A DNA stretch of 64,000 bases from positions 19,034,001-19,098,000 of the forward strand of contig NC_135260.1 of assembly GCF_964204865.1 (NCBI RefSeq), read 5' to 3'. The position numbers and the translations under genes are program-made. The notes beneath the pieces are model-generated. The model had not been told where the DNA came from and did no database searches. It saw only the letters and a program-made list of their open reading frames with translations. This document shows positions 41,201-52,811 of the stretch, piece by piece; within the stretch, counting starts at the first letter, position 1, and every line of letters starts with the position of its first letter. The DNA is from Styela clava (Eukaryota).

Positions 41201-44200
41201 TGGTTTGCCATATGATTAAGCCGTCTTATCGGCTTTCCTCTCTCCTGTGATAAATATGTAAATCCATCCTATGAAAATATTACTGAACTATTAGGCGAAC
41301 AAAATTAGTTACCTCCATATTGGTACATACACTTCTGGAGCGCCCACATTTTTAAATAACGTTAAGACTTGTGAATTGAATAGAAATTTTTTACTATCAT
41401 ACTCAAATACATATGAATAATATCCAAGTTATTTGAAGAAAAAAAATGGCGAAGGAAATTCTTCAATTAAAAAATATGCATTTAACAAACTGTCATACTT
41501 CCACCCTAGTCCTAAAATGTCGCTTTATTTTTAAAGAGCCAGAAATTTTACAGTTCCGCAGTGCTTGCCTAAGAACGAGAGATCTTCAACGTCAGTTGCC
41601 AATGTCGTTAGGTCTATTGTGGCTTTACATTACATTTTACAATTATCAAACTCGTGTCTAATATTTTTAGATGGAAGAATTAACAAGAAATGTTCAAGAC
41701 AATAATCTGAGATTAACACTCGCATTTGGTATCGGACTTCATCATGCTGGATTAGTTGAAAAAGACAGAACATTGGTGGAAGAGTTGTTTGTTAACCAAA
41801 AAATTCAAGTAAATTGTTAACATTTGTTAAATGTTGTGATTATTCAAAATGGAAATATCTATCAAATTTTACAACATATTGTGTCAAAATTTTCTGCATA
41901 AATGCTCTGTTTGCTTAATTCAAAACTGCACTGTAGTGAAATACACAGCATATTCTAAATTACCTTTGTTGTTTTTCCATTTCATCTTCTGTGTTTGAAT
42001 GAAAAAATTCTGAATTTTTTTGTTTTAGATTCTTGTTGCCACAGCAACAGTTGCGTGGGGAGTAAATTTTCCAGCTCATCTTGTCATTGTGAAAGGAACT
42101 GAATACTTCGATGGAAAAACAAAAAGATATGTTGACTTTCCTATCACAGGTGACAAATATCTTCAGCTCGCAGATTCACTAATTTTGCTGAAATTAAACC
42201 AAGAATTGATCAAGTTCCACTATCTATTCAAAATTATTCTTGTATGTGCTAGGTGAATGTACCAGTCTAATACAGGCAACTACGTTTTGTATTCCCCCAG
42301 ATCAGGTTTTTGTGATATGAAACAGCATAAAACTTTTATTATAATAGTCTGGTGCTATTTTTTAGTGTTTTTAATATTCCAGAGATGTGTTTTTTGTATT
42401 TTATGTGAGAAATCTTGAAGAAATTTATACAAACCCATTCTAATCATTTTTTTCGCGACTAAAACGAATTAAAATTAATCAAAAAATGAATTTCTGAATT
42501 TCTAACTATAGTCCAAGTCGATTCCAAGAATAGGCCCCATATGTAGTCATCGTTCGCTCATTGTACTGTCATTGGTAAGGGCGTTTACAATCCAATTATG
42601 CAGCAATAGTGTGTCGAAGGCAAATTTTAGCTGGCAACAGTTATAGGATCCTTGACACTTGCACCAACGAAAAATTCATTTCTTTTTGATCGTTCCTGCT
42701 AGAAATTCACCTGATTCGTCATGATTACCAAGCAACAAAAGCGTCGTAATAACAAATTTTCTGTTGCTGTAAGAATGAACGTTGCTTCTGTCACCCAAAT
42801 ATCCCATTTCAGAATGCTATTTTGGGTCAGGTATCTTTAATGGTAATTATATCTCAAAAGTTGTCAAACTACATACACTTTTTACACATATTTTAGAGCC
42901 ATCCACGAGCTAGCTATCTATTCTGTATCATTCAAAATAATTCTATTTCAGATGTTCTTCAAATGATGGGACGAGCAGGAAGGCCGCAATTTGATGATAA
43001 TGCAGTTGCAGTTGTTCTTGTACATGATGTGAAGAAACATTTCTATAAAAAATTCTTGTATGATCCGTTTCCTGTTGAATCAAGTTTATTGGATGTAAGT
43101 TGTATTGTTGCTCATTAAATTTTCATAATTATAAGTAAAGTATAGCAATTTATTATTGTCCTACAACAAATTATTTGTTCATATTTTACACTATTTTATT
43201 AATGATCAACCTATGAGTGGGAAATGAATAAATAAAATTTTTGGCAGGGACACACTTGAGAAAAATTTGATCAATATTTGGTTTAAAATTTTGTAATACA
43301 AATGCTTCTGCTTCGAGAAACACGTTGGCTTTTGCTTTCTATAGATATGTGTTTTGTATATTTTTTGTGTTCTGTCTTTTTTCTGTCAGTGTCAAAGATT
43401 TTATTGCTTTTCCTAAACTGTTCATTTGTTATCCCAGGTTTTGCCTGACCATCTCAATGCTGAAATAGTTGCCGGTACAATCATGAGTAAACAAGATGCC
43501 TTGGATTATTTAACTTGGACTTATTTCTTCAGAAGATTATTGATGAATCCTACTTATTATAATCTGGAGAGAATAGGTATGTCAAAAGTGGTAAATTATA
43601 AAATTTGTTCAATTTAGCATGCCCTCTGAAATATTCAATTCTGCTTGAGCCTATATTTCTATGCTATAATTTTTTTACGGCTTTGAAACTATCAGTTGGG
43701 GTTACGCAAGACTACTAACTAACTTTCCTTGCCCTATGCCTTTGTGGAAGAGGATCCTTATGCGTGTAACGCAAGGATGCTGTGGCAAGAATAAAGATGC
43801 TTGTTTTGCAAACCATTATTTGAGAATACGTGGTGCTTAGCTAAGGGCTTACCAGTATCGATGTCCTTCATGTCCCCCATATTTGAGCATGGCTCTCTTA
43901 TATCAACAGACAGTGAGAATACTGAATTAAAGATACAAGCAGGTCAGAGTCGTTGTGGCAGTAGTTGTTTTATGGTTCATAAGCTAATCCTTTCATTAAA
44001 AAGTTGAATTATGTGAAAATGTGAATTGCTATTTTTTTCCTTAAAATTTGATATTCAATAAAATGATTGAAAATTTTTAAATTGAACTGTGTAAATTTTT
44101 AAATTGAACTGTGTAACTTTATACAGTTATTATTTGAATGATTTGTGAGAATTAATGAATTTGTGACCAGTTAAAAATATTTCATCAAAATAACTAATGG

Positions 44201-47200
44201 TTTTAATGCTACATTGCAGACATAGACATGCATCTCACATACAGATAGTTGTAATATACTAATCTATAATATACAGGGTGGGGCAAAAATCTCCCCATCA
44301 AATTTATTTTAATTTAAAATGTGGAAGGTTTTTTTATCACCCTGTATTACATTTTGTTATGTTAATTCTCGTTTTGTTAAATTAAGGTAAACATCACTAC
44401 CATATTTATAAAAATAAGGAAATATGTGTATAGTAGTTATTTGATGCAATTAGATATATTTACTCAAGTTAAAAGATTCTGATTCACGGTGGTTTAATAG
44501 TTTAATTTGTTCATTAGCGACTACTAATCACGAATATTATTCAGTTTTAAGATGTGAATACATACTTAAATTTGTTTGAATAATGTTTGAAATCTAATTC
44601 AGTATTTTAGAATCACAGTATTTATTATATGTTTTTTTACCGAATGGGTGCAATAGCTTAGCGCGGTTGGTCCTCAACCTTTTTTCTTTTGTGGCCCATT
44701 TTCATTGCACGAAAATTCTGCAGCCCATTAACTTCATCATGCAAGGGAAAAACTACAAGAAGAGCGAGAAACTATGTCCGCAAAAATAGAAATTTTCACT
44801 TCAATAATTGGAATGAAAATTATCCCTCAGTAAAATAAAAAACAATCAAAATTTAACTATAGTGACACAAATGAGAATGAAGTTATTAATAACTCTAGTA
44901 ATTATTCTTGCTTCTTGCACAGTGCCTCGTTCTGAGCGAAAGGTGTGAATGCACATTGTATATACAAAAATTCAAAATATTCATAATCATTTATAGAAAC
45001 AGACATGATCAATGAGTTTTTGACTGGACTTGTCGAGAAAGAACTTTCTGAATTACTTCGTTCTTGTTGTGTTGTTGTTGATGACGTTGATGATGTCACA
45101 ATCGAACCTACAAGTATTGGAAGAATTGCTTCATATTATTATCTCAGTCATCTCACTGTGAGGTAAGATCTAATGGCAGATAAAATTTATTATTCCAAAT
45201 ATGTGGACATTTGTGACTAAATGAATCTTTTTTTTCTTTTTATTAAATCACTATCTTTTATCACTTCTGTGATATTCGTATCATATATTCTGGAAGCCTT
45301 CGTAATTGCGTCAAATCCATACATCTAGAACAGCAGTGGGCAAATTACGGCCAGCGAGCCAGATCTAGCCCACCGAAGTGTTTCCTTTGCCCATTCGTGT
45401 CTGCTGAAATTACGACTATAGTATTTATGAATATAAATTTTCATTGAAAATAACGTCCTAATGACCTCGATTGTTACACCATGCTTCTTATTATTATGTA
45501 AATGCTAGCCTAGCTGTTGGACTAGCGTTTGTAAATAAACTGTTTTTATTCATAGTTTTTCATGAGTTTTAAGCCTCCAGCCCAGTAACAAAGTTTATTT
45601 TCTGTAACTGGCCCACTCAGTAAAGTAATTGCTCACCCCTGATTTAAAATGAACAACTGACTGAATATTCTCTTACAAGATGTGGACTGGTATTCAAACA
45701 AAGGCTGTGGTTCACCATATGATTGAGATCCCTTGAGATCTCCCTCTGGATAAATATGTAAACCCTTCTAATTGTGGAATTTTCATAATATTGTATCTTA
45801 TTACATCAAAATTTCTCTATATGCAGGATGCTTTGTCAAGAAATGAAGTCAGGTTCAACAATACCTGATATATTACAATTATTAACTGAATGTCAGGAAT
45901 ACAATGAACTTCCCGTCAGACATAACGAAGATATTATTAATAAGTAAGATAAAAAATAGGGGTTCATATATTATTTTACTAGAATTATCGCGCTATTTTT
46001 TTGCTCAATCATCAATATACACACCCCTTTGCTGAACTTGGTATTTCAAAATGCAACCTTGTGTCCCAATCATTGTCTAATAATCAGAGGTTTCAGATTC
46101 ATAATGTCACGACCAACTAATTACCTTTTTGTCTTCTTGTAAGCCAATAATACTCTGACTATAAATATTTTCATGTATGAGTTTGAGTATGAATAAAATA
46201 GACTGCAAATCTCCAACAAATCACCAATCCAAGTATTTCTGGAAACACAATATTTTTATATTTACCATTTTTTAAAAACTAATCTTATTTTCCTATCTAA
46301 TCCAATTCAATCATTTCTTTAAAGAAATTTGGTTAGGTTTGGTATAGAAACTTCTATTTCTATCAGAAAATATTTCCAATTTGTAACCTTGCAGAAAAAC
46401 ATTTTTGTGTGTGCAATATTTAAATTTCTTTGAATGGACATCTACAGCTCTTTGCATTATATACATACGAATCCACTATTGCATAGTAATAAGATGAAGC
46501 AAATCGTTTCTTATGAATTTGTAGCCCGCATTTAAGATCAACAATTTATTTTATTCAGAAACTTATCAGAACATTTACCGCTTCAAGTCAGTCCAGATTC
46601 ATTTGGATCATCAAGTACCAAAGCACATCTTCTGTTCCAAGCACATTTTTCTAGAATAAAGATGCCTTCATCTGATTATGCAACTGACTTGAAATCTGTT
46701 CTCGATCAAGCTTTCAGGATATTGCAGGTAGAATTTGAAGAAAAAATAGTTTTGCTCAGCGACAGTTGCATTGTTTTGAGCGTTATCGAGTATTTGACCA
46801 CCCTTTACTGGAATGACAGATTTTAGTGCAATGGTTTTTTTTACAACCCGTGGCTCCCTGCACATCTATAGAGTTCCTAGTTTTGCATTTGGCATGTTTC
46901 CATCAGTTATTCTATGCGTTTTTTTTTCGGATGAAAGCAAAAGTATGGAAGCATCAGTCAGGGGATTAAATTAATCGAAGTCAATTTTATATTAAATTAT
47001 TGGAGTTATCGCTAATAGTGAAAGGATTTGTTCGTGCCCCCCTGAGAATCACTCCTAGAGGGCCGACAGTCTAGTTGAAAAAACCTGTTTTAGCGTCTGG
47101 AAGGATGGTTTACTTACGTCTTAGACAATTGCTGGAATTCCTACAAATGCAGTGTGATTTGCATATTTGCTGGTTGGTTTATGACTTTGTCCAAACGCGT

Positions 47201-50200
47201 GGTTCATCATAATGATTGAGCTGCCCCATTGGTTTTCATTCTTTCTCTAGTGTTAAATAGGAAATATCATACCCCAATACATATATTCAAAAATAATACT
47301 TGGTGTTTTTTATAGTTCGGGCGTCCCAAGTTTCTGAAAGTGTTTTTAACGCTGCTATCCAATTTTATTTCATGTCAATACTAATTCGACACAATGCTGA
47401 TTTCATCTGGAATTCACAAATCAAATTGACTTGTATACAGTCAAATTAAAATTTGCTAATGTTATTTTGTAAAGGTTAAAGGTTAAAGAATATTTTGTGG
47501 AATGTTCGTCATCGGTATTAGTATTGTATTATCTTGTATCCATTTCATACACAGGGTATGATTGATATCAGTGCGGATGAAGGAATGCTGATTACAACAC
47601 TTCGTGTTATGCATATGGCACAGATGGTTGCACAAGGAATATGGTTTGATAATCGTTCAACATTGTTAACTCTTCCATATGTGGAGGAAAAAAATCTGTT
47701 TGTCTTCAAGTAAGTTTTTTACAGTTCTATATACTTTTAACAGCATGGAAAATGTGAAAGGACAGCAAAAGACAGTCTAAGAATTAAAAAATTCACTGTC
47801 AATTTACTTTAAATTAATGTTGTCGCAAATGATACCTAGTGATGACCTTTGCTCTTAGTTCCACGAGAATCTTTTCCCGACCTCTTAGAGGGCAGAGAGC
47901 ACGGTTTGGGAAACCCTAATTTGAGCAAATAATCACTTATATGTTTGGATGTACAGGTTTCATTCATCCGATCACAATTTTTAGCTTGACTTAGTCAACC
48001 GAATCTATTCTGTTAGTGGTACCTTGGTGATATTAAGTAAATAGTGTGTTTGGATGGATATAGCGCATAGGCAGATAGTCAAGAATATATACAAGATTCA
48101 TGCTATTTCATGTTTTCATTCACCAATAAATTATAATAATATTTCAGGCAGTTCTCATTCAGAGGAGATCAAGTTCGACACTTGCCTGAACTAATGTCAT
48201 TATGCAAAGAAAATCCAAGTTACGTTAAAGATGTTCTGATGAAGCATTTCACTGAAGCTCAAGCTAAAAAGGTTACTTTTTGATATATGCTCACTTCTCA
48301 TCGTTGGCAGTAGACAAATGTTTTAGTGATGTCCAAATCTATATAATTTGGTGATCTGTCTTGGAATAAATATTCTGTATGACATATATGAAATTGCAAA
48401 AGTTAAAAATATTAATGATTGGGAACGTATAGCATGTATAAATAAAAACCTCGAATTGAAAATTTCCAAATTTCATCCTACTTAATTTAGTTTTATCATA
48501 TGCTTTGCTTAATATTTTGTCATCCTGTTTTAATCCAAGCGATATCCTGGAATGATACTTGTTTGAATATTTTTATACAGTGCGTATTCACTCCCTTCGT
48601 TTTGAACAAGGCCACGTATAGGTGTCTGCTATTTGACGATATGTGAGAAGCTACTTTGGAATGACTGAAATCGTTGATTTTGTCTATCCGAAATACTACA
48701 CCATGGGATGTGTAACATGCAATATCAACACATTTAGTCTTTTTCAAGTGCTATATCAACACACCCACTATCTCGCTGCCATTGTTTCTATCCTAAACTT
48801 TACCTTACCATTTTAATCTTTTTTTTAGATTTGCGATCATTTGCGAAATCTTCCTGTTGTTGATGTAAAGTTACATGTAAAAGGAAGTTGGGAGAAGAAC
48901 GAGAAAATAAAACAAAAGATTGTTCCAGATGTTCATGGTATGAAAGTATTTTGAATCATTTGCTCCTACCAGTCAGTCGACTTGATCACCCAACAATTTT
49001 CAATTCTCTATCAGATTATGTTAGTCCAACTTGGGCATATTTCCCAATAGTAGGTAGCTTGGGACCCGAGTTACTTCGACTGTCTTTAACAGTCTTTTTT
49101 ATATATAGTCTCGGTTCTTCTAGCTCTTTTTTCTCATTTGCTTGGTTTTTAGTTGTATGTACATTGTACATTATTATACTTTTAACACTATAATCTTGGC
49201 ACACTTTTTATTATTATTAGAGTTTCGGGATTTTTGTAACAAAACTTTACACAGTTCTTGCCAAATATGTTATCATTCTTAACTTAAGCTAAAGGCATTT
49301 GGACACCTAATGAAAAGTCTTTACATAAACATTGCACTTCTTGTGTAGCTGCCCTAAAAATTAAATCAGCTTTCAAATATAGCAGTCCAATATGACCTCT
49401 GAATGGGAAGATATGCAAATGGGTATTGGGACCATAAAACCATTCCCACACAATTTAAATGAAATATTAATTTTGTGAAGAAACCGAATTATTACTTGAA
49501 CCATTTGTAATGTTGCAGTTGCAGTGTTTGCAAATAATGAAATTCCACTTATTTGTTGATGGCATTGCTTTTCATGTTTGAAATCGGGGCTTATTTTATT
49601 ATATAAAATACATAGCATATGATTTTCTCTGTTGTTTTTTAAAACAAAATGATTTTAAAAGCCAATGAAAGTTGTTTTGAAGCTTATGGAGAAATAAAAA
49701 ACTTTAATGCTTTAATCCAGTGGTTCTCAAAGTGGGCTTGGCGACGCCCAAGTGCGTCGTTGCAATTTTGCTAGGGCCTCGCAAAACTTTTTTCTTTTGC
49801 GAAATTGTACCTGTTTTGCGGTGGGTAGAAGAAGTCTAAATATAAAATTGCACTGCCGACATGTACAAGCTTAAGCGCTACTGAACAAAAAAAGTCTGAA
49901 CAAAGAATTCGCAAGTATAATGATAGCAACTTGAAATTTGGATCGTTCAGTTTTCGTGTAAAAAAGATCCGTGGTTTCTGTTGCAACTGGGCATGCGATG
50001 TTACTCAATGCCGGTTAGGCTTATTAGATAACATGCTTTCACTGGCTAAAATCTTGCTACAAACAACACATTGCAACTGGAATCGATATAAAATGAATTG
50101 TATATTTTGAAAAGTTTTTGGATTTCTCTGGATGAAGATTATCTTCCTTAAATAAAAAAGCGATGGGCACTGTCATCCCCTTTGTGACTTCTTATTTATG

Positions 50201-52811
50201 TGAAGCAAACTTTTCTATCATGAAAGTAATAAAGGCAAAAAATCTCTCTAGAGTAAATGTTAAAAGGGAAATGCATGCGGCTCTCACAGTTCACTCCCAA
50301 GGTTGAATGACAAATAGTTGTAAAAAAAAGCAAGTGCACCCATCAAATTAAATGCGATTTCACTAACTTTTGTGAAGTTTTGTTTGTTTGTTTAAATGAA
50401 ACACATTGCAAAAAAAGTTCTTTTATTAAAGGGTACTAAGACGTTTTTTATGGGGAGTCGCAACTTGAGCATATTTTTTTTGAGTGCGTCGCAATACAAA
50501 GAAGTTTTAGAACCACTGCTTTCATCAATACAGGTGTTGGGATACAAAATCGTAAGACGTGGATGGATGTTCACATGAATCAAGAATATCACGTTGCAGT
50601 TTCTCTAGCAAGATTAAACAAGGGACATGTGAGTTTTAGTGATAAATATATATTTAGTTGTTGAAATTGATTGAATTTTCCAATTCAATTTTGCCGTAAA
50701 TAATTTGATTTTGTTTGTGACTGGTTGCTTTATTTTTCACATATCATAATGAATTGTTTAGTACTAAAATAGTACATCTTTAAGTTATAACCTTTTCTTC
50801 TTCCAAATTTAAATGTTTCAATTGGGAAAATTTTACCTTACATTCGCATGTAGTATAATTAATATTCTTTACTTATCTAAAGTTATTTAATACACATATA
50901 TAGGCCTATATGTACACATTATGGACTATTCAAACTGTACAAAAGCCACAGTAAGAATTGTACATATCACTAAGCTCAGGGGTGTGGCACATCGTGCTAA
51001 GCGTTGGGAATATGCTTGCCACCACTCCCATGCAGGGTTAATGATTACCGGACTCCCCGTCACCGCAGGGTGGTTCACGTAACTGCTGGTCAGTTAGGGC
51101 TTCCTTCACCAAGTTCACAACTGGCTAGGTAATCCTTTAAATCTTAAAAATCCTAATAGCTAATAATGATCCATAAAAGATTTTATATACATATTGAGCG
51201 GGAATGAAGAATTTCAAAATAGGCAAAGAGAGGTCAATAGCAAAAAAATTGGGAACCAATGCCTTGGCGTAAGAACATAGTAAGCCGAACAAATAAATAA
51301 CTTTTTGCCCACAGCCTACTATGGTATTTTAATTTTTCTTACTTTAATGATATTACTTTTGTTGTGAAAATATAATATGGTGCTCTACAGACGGTGACTA
51401 ATACCCATTTTTCTACGCAGCATGATGGTAAAGCTCTCACCCCACGTTTCCCTAAACCCAAATTAGAGGGCTGGTTTTTACTGCTCGCTGACGTAGAACG
51501 GAAAGAAGTTATCGCACTAAAGAGAGTACAGACATTACGGAACAGAACTACAGAACTTCTGTCATTTTATCCTGACAATATTGAAAGGTTTGTGAATTGT
51601 TTTATTGAAAAGACAAAACTTAACTTTGTCATTAATTTAATAATTGTTATACTGACCAGTGACACTGAATGATATTTGCCATACGTGCCCAATTACGCCC
51701 ACGTGTTGAAAGAGCCTGTGTAGTGCTTGGCTATAATTTGTGGGGTTGACACGCACATAGCGTATGGTTCTCGCCTTTGATTTATGATAAAATAATTGGA
51801 ATAATAAATTGAAAGAAGAAAAACTGAATCATCCAATTCATCCCTTCGTGAAATATAATACATATATTTTGCGCTCTGTTTGTTGCATTTTGGAACCTGG
51901 ATAGTGAATCTAGGGATAGAGTAACTATGTACTTAAGCTCTGTTATGCACTATTTATTCTACTATTACTGATATCAAAGAATGGCGTGTGTGCACTGTGA
52001 AGTCTGTGATGAGTGGATTCTTCAGATAAGCTATACGTTATTGATTTCATAGAATACTATTCTGTTCTGTGTGGTTGTCTTTGGAACTATTTTTTTTACA
52101 TGGTAAAAAACATTTTGTTCTGCCGAAACCCTTTTCGAATTTCGAAGTACTTTGACTGGTTTATTTACCATAAATAAATTGTATCTCTCCTCCATTTTGA
52201 TTCATAAAATTTTGACTCATTTCCCTTATCTTCCAGTTTGTTGATAATAGCCTTCACCTAAATAAATGCCAGTTATTTACCCGAATTGCACAGGTAAATA
52301 CTAATTTAATAGTCAGTTCTCTTTATTGAAGGAGAAACATACAATTTACATTCTCTCGCGTCATTTGACCTTTCCCAACTTGAATAAAATCGCAAACGTT
52401 TTACACGGTGTGATATAACTAATGAATTTATTCATCAGGTAGTGACATTTGTTGGGTCGGTCGACCTTGTTGACCTTCCAGTCTTTCCCTTCCCCCTTAT
52501 ATTTTATGATTACTATTCCATTCTTTTTACTGCAATGTGTACTATGATAATATATTTAGAAATAAATCATTTTCTCTCTCTATCAGTGTTTATGATCAGA
52601 AAATGGGTTATTCATTTATTAGCAATGTATACCGTATTTGTTTAACACACTTTATTAAATATGATTTTCTTAATTTTAAAATTTTAATTACAGGAAAGTT
52701 TATTCTGTCTGGTTGGTCTCGGATTCGTATCTTGGATTAGATCAACGGTACGATGTTCGGATAAATGTCACACAACCTATCAGCAATTTTCAACAAGATG
52801 AAGATGGTTAA
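64..52811 (+). CDS. ASCC3: ASCC3 (activating signal cointegrator 1 complex subunit 3; Slh1/Brr2-like tandem Ski2 helicase), 5'-partial, 40 exons in window
   Basis: GT-AG exons with consistent phases: 64-122, 228-361, 433-574, 2221-2343, 2654-2854, 3460-3600, 4275-4439, 5167-5258, 26623-26779, 27647-27781, 28249-28362, 30186-30329, 31079-31237, 31440-31559, 32317-32413, 32505-32659, 33046-33222, 33785-34010, 34478-34632, 35348-35446, 36412-36580, 37005-37142, 37725-37890, 38754-38920, 39390-39535, 40444-40564, 40791-40933, 41671-41808, 42029-42149, 42952-43094, 43438-43576, 44997-45162, 45827-45943, 46559-46727, 47555-47709, 48148-48271, 48829-48937, 50534-50628, 51421-51587, 52694-52811 (TAA). 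Two helicase cassettes ([29 protein letters not shown] and [29 protein letters not shown]), each followed by a Sec63 region. Segments such as [28 protein letters not shown] and [11 protein letters not shown] match ASCC3 as I recall it rather than SNRNP200. Confidence 0.95.
734..949 (+). mobile_element. MITE family R1 (~220 bp, ~24-bp TIR GGTRCTCC.GAAG.GTGTGTACCA), copy 1
   Basis: Same sequence recurs at 22015, ~26193 and (inverted fragment) ~41294; the TIR pair is clearest in the 22015 copy. Confidence 0.75.
1675..2115 (-). mobile_element. Degenerate Tc1/mariner-superfamily transposase relic (rosa/maT-like)
   Basis: Frameshifted peptides [30 protein letters not shown] (cf. FQQDGATPH), [48 protein letters not shown] occur in the expected order. 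Confidence 0.75.
1920..1940 (+). repeat. G21 homopolymer
   Basis: 21 consecutive G inside the mariner relic. Confidence 0.95.
2877..3009 (-). mobile_element. SINE family R2 3' fragment
   Basis: tacatatttatccc...cttaatcatatgg...ttatttgttttc matches the R2 3' half. Confidence 0.65.
3971..4073. mobile_element. pogo/Tigger-like MITE
   Basis: TIRs CCGTATTTCCCAGCTAATAAGTC / GACTTAATAGCCGGGAAATACAG, flanked by TA on both sides. Confidence 0.75.
4612..4982. mobile_element. Non-autonomous hAT (Charlie/Buster-type) element
   Basis: Termini CAGAGGTCCTCAAA ... GTTGGGAACCACTG; TSD degenerate. Confidence 0.55.
5738..6427 (+). mobile_element. hAT Buster/SPIN-type deletion derivative with BED-finger remnant
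   Basis: TIRs CAGGATGGTCAAA / TTGGACCACCCTG; GCGGGCCGC subterminal motifs; remnant [16 protein letters not shown]...VMNEY...FRRHYKTKH. Confidence 0.75.
6700..7090 (-). pseudogene. Nested receptor paralog D (pseudogene; remnants of ectodomain exons 2-3)
   Basis: IFADKNKNI...H*ELPGSVQI / [12 protein letters not shown] / [18 protein letters not shown] / [24 protein letters not shown] align to gene [10 protein letters not shown]...[10 protein letters not shown] / [13 protein letters not shown] / CSAKLRFP / [24 protein letters not shown], with stops (including TGA at the conserved Trp) and frameshifts. Confidence 0.8.
9484..12517 (-). CDS. Nested receptor gene A: type I TM protein (~317 aa), CUB-like ectodomain, YEN-repeat ITAM/ITIM-like tail
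   Basis: Exons 12517-12445 ([24 protein letters not shown], signal), 12146-11913, 11273-11046 (Cys-rich, CDCQWIIP...[12 protein letters not shown]), 10519-10457 (S/T stalk), 10266-10149 ([26 protein letters not shown]), 9721-9484 (tail ...[46 protein letters not shown]). All GT-AG; intron phases 1,1,1,1,2; total 954 nt in frame. Confidence 0.88.
15047..19826 (-). CDS. Nested receptor gene B: type I TM protein (~392 aa), CUB-like ectodomain, acidic tyrosine-rich tail ending [10 protein letters not shown]
   Basis: Exons 19826-19772 ([18 protein letters not shown]), 19312-19067, 18734-18477 (CNCEWTIP...[12 protein letters not shown]), 16356-16279 (T-rich stalk), 16033-15895 ([25 protein letters not shown]), 15449-15047 (tail with LYEPY, IYGK, DYTSM, 3x YDD, DIYAAV). 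Phases 1,1,1,1,2; 1179 nt in frame. Confidence 0.88.
16525..18038 (+). mobile_element. 1.5-kb hAT (Buster/Charlie) deletion derivative in the third coding-region intron of receptor gene B
   Basis: TIRs CAATGATTCCCAAA / TTTGGGAACCACTG; perfect 8-bp TSD TCCTAAAC with central TA; dimerisation-domain remnant [28 protein letters not shown] at ~17382-17465. Confidence 0.9.
21111..21298. mobile_element. pogo/Tigger-like terminal relic
   Basis: Three GGGTC(G/A)GCTTATA repeats ending in GAGGATATACAG; no partner end identified. Confidence 0.45.
22015..22393 (+). mobile_element. MITE family R1 copy 2, interrupted by a hAT MITE
   Basis: GGTGCTCCAGAAGTGTGTGTACCA ... TGGTACACACTCTTCGGGAGTACC inverted termini; collinear with 734-949 apart from the insert. 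Confidence 0.75.
22201..22356. mobile_element. 156-bp hAT-type MITE nested in R1
   Basis: TIRs CAGTAGTGGGATTCA / TGAGTCCCATCACTG; 8-bp TSD CCCAACCC / CCTAACCC. Confidence 0.75.
22787..25437 (-). CDS. Nested receptor gene C: type I TM protein (~352 aa), divergent CUB-like ectodomain, triple-YENL tail
   Basis: Exons 25437-25398 ([13 protein letters not shown]), 25223-25008 (CTWNI...CKANLTLP), 24606-24358 (...[12 protein letters not shown]), 23927-23784 (stalk), 23419-23284 ([25 protein letters not shown]), 23060-22787 (tail ...[56 protein letters not shown]). Phases 1,1,1,1,2; 1059 nt in frame. Confidence 0.88.
26193..26397 (+). mobile_element. MITE family R1 copy 3
   Basis: gaagtgtgtgtaccaat...catcaagttgtgtaaa...acagacagtcccgaact...ggtacacacact matches copies 1 and 2. 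Confidence 0.7.
26623..36580 (+). CDS. ASCC3: ASCC3 exon block 2 (RecA2, winged helix and Sec63 of the first cassette)
   Basis: Resumes in phase after the 21.4-kb intron (CC+A = Pro, then [20 protein letters not shown]); also [34 protein letters not shown]. Confidence 0.95.
27198..27490. mobile_element. hAT-type MITE (degenerate)
   Basis: CAGGGGTGGTCAA 5' end with GGGCCA/GGCCAG subterminal motifs; 3' end decayed. Confidence 0.5.
28756..29427 (-). mobile_element. hAT SPIN/Buster-type deletion derivative with BED-finger remnant
   Basis: TIRs CAGGGGTCTCAAACT / AGTTTTAGACCCCTG; TSD CTCTAAAC/CTCTAAGC; peptide [40 protein letters not shown] (GTF2IRD2/SPIN-like). Confidence 0.9.
29878..30131 (-). 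mobile_element. hAT MITE (same family as 35642-35924, opposite orientation)
   Basis: Perfect TSD ATATAGAG; end AGAACCACTG; internal sequence is the reverse complement of the 35642 copy. Confidence 0.75.
30729..31026. mobile_element. hAT MITE
   Basis: CAGGGGTATGGGC ... TTGCTCACCCCTG; TSD-like TACTAAAT/CACTAAAA; similar termini at 45331-45641. Confidence 0.65.
35642..35924 (+). mobile_element. hAT MITE
   Basis: CAGTGG(ACAGTGG)CTCTCCAAC ... TTTGAGAACCACTG; TSD TTCTGGTA/TTCTAGTA. Confidence 0.75.
37005..52811 (+). CDS. ASCC3: ASCC3 exon block 3 (second helicase cassette and Sec63, to stop codon)
   Basis: [63 protein letters not shown]; stop TAA at 52809-52811. Confidence 0.95.
39016..39340 (-). 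mobile_element. SINE family R2 copy
   Basis: Reverse complement of the 41042 and 50981 copies, including the head region. Confidence 0.65.
41042..41270 (+). mobile_element. SINE-like interspersed repeat family R2 (tRNA-like head), best copy
   Basis: Shared core GGGTGGTTCACGTAAC...CATATGATTAAG...GATAAATATGTAAATCC; other copies at 2877-3009 (-), 39016-39340 (-), 45680-45765 (+), 50981-51130 (+; head GTGGCACATCGTGCTAAGCG). Confidence 0.7.
44274..44344. mobile_element. Tiny Tc1/mariner-type MITE
   Basis: TA|CAGGGTG ... CACCCTG|TA; a similar 5' end occurs at ~58042. Confidence 0.55.
45331..45641. mobile_element. hAT MITE
   Basis: CAGCAGTGGGCAAATTAC ... GTAATTGCTCACCCCTG inverted termini. Confidence 0.65.
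49718..50518 (+). mobile_element. hAT Buster/Charlie deletion derivative (801 bp)
   Basis: TIRs CAGTGGTTCTCAAA / TTTTAGAACCACTG; TSD CTTTAATC/CTTTCATC; remnant [34 protein letters not shown] (ZBED5/Buster-like C-terminus). Confidence 0.88.
50981..51130 (+). mobile_element. SINE family R2 5' fragment
   Basis: gctaagcgttgggaatatgcttgccacc...gggtggttcacgtaactgct matches the 41042 copy. Confidence 0.6.

Noticed and set aside
44070-44117. Short tandem duplications (also ~16888-16922) as CRISPR-like or regulatory arrays
   Set aside because: Only two adjacent units without spacers in eukaryotic intron or transposon DNA; ordinary slippage.
437-52811. Treating individual ORF-track entries (e.g. 2654-2875, 4275-4484, 33061-33306) as separate genes
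   Set aside because: They are ASCC3 exons with read-through into introns; splice sites and phases join them into one protein.
64-52811. SNRNP200/Brr2 as the identity of the helicase
   Set aside because: The second cassette has intact Walker A/DEIH/GRAGR motifs and ASCC3-type segments ([25 protein letters not shown]).
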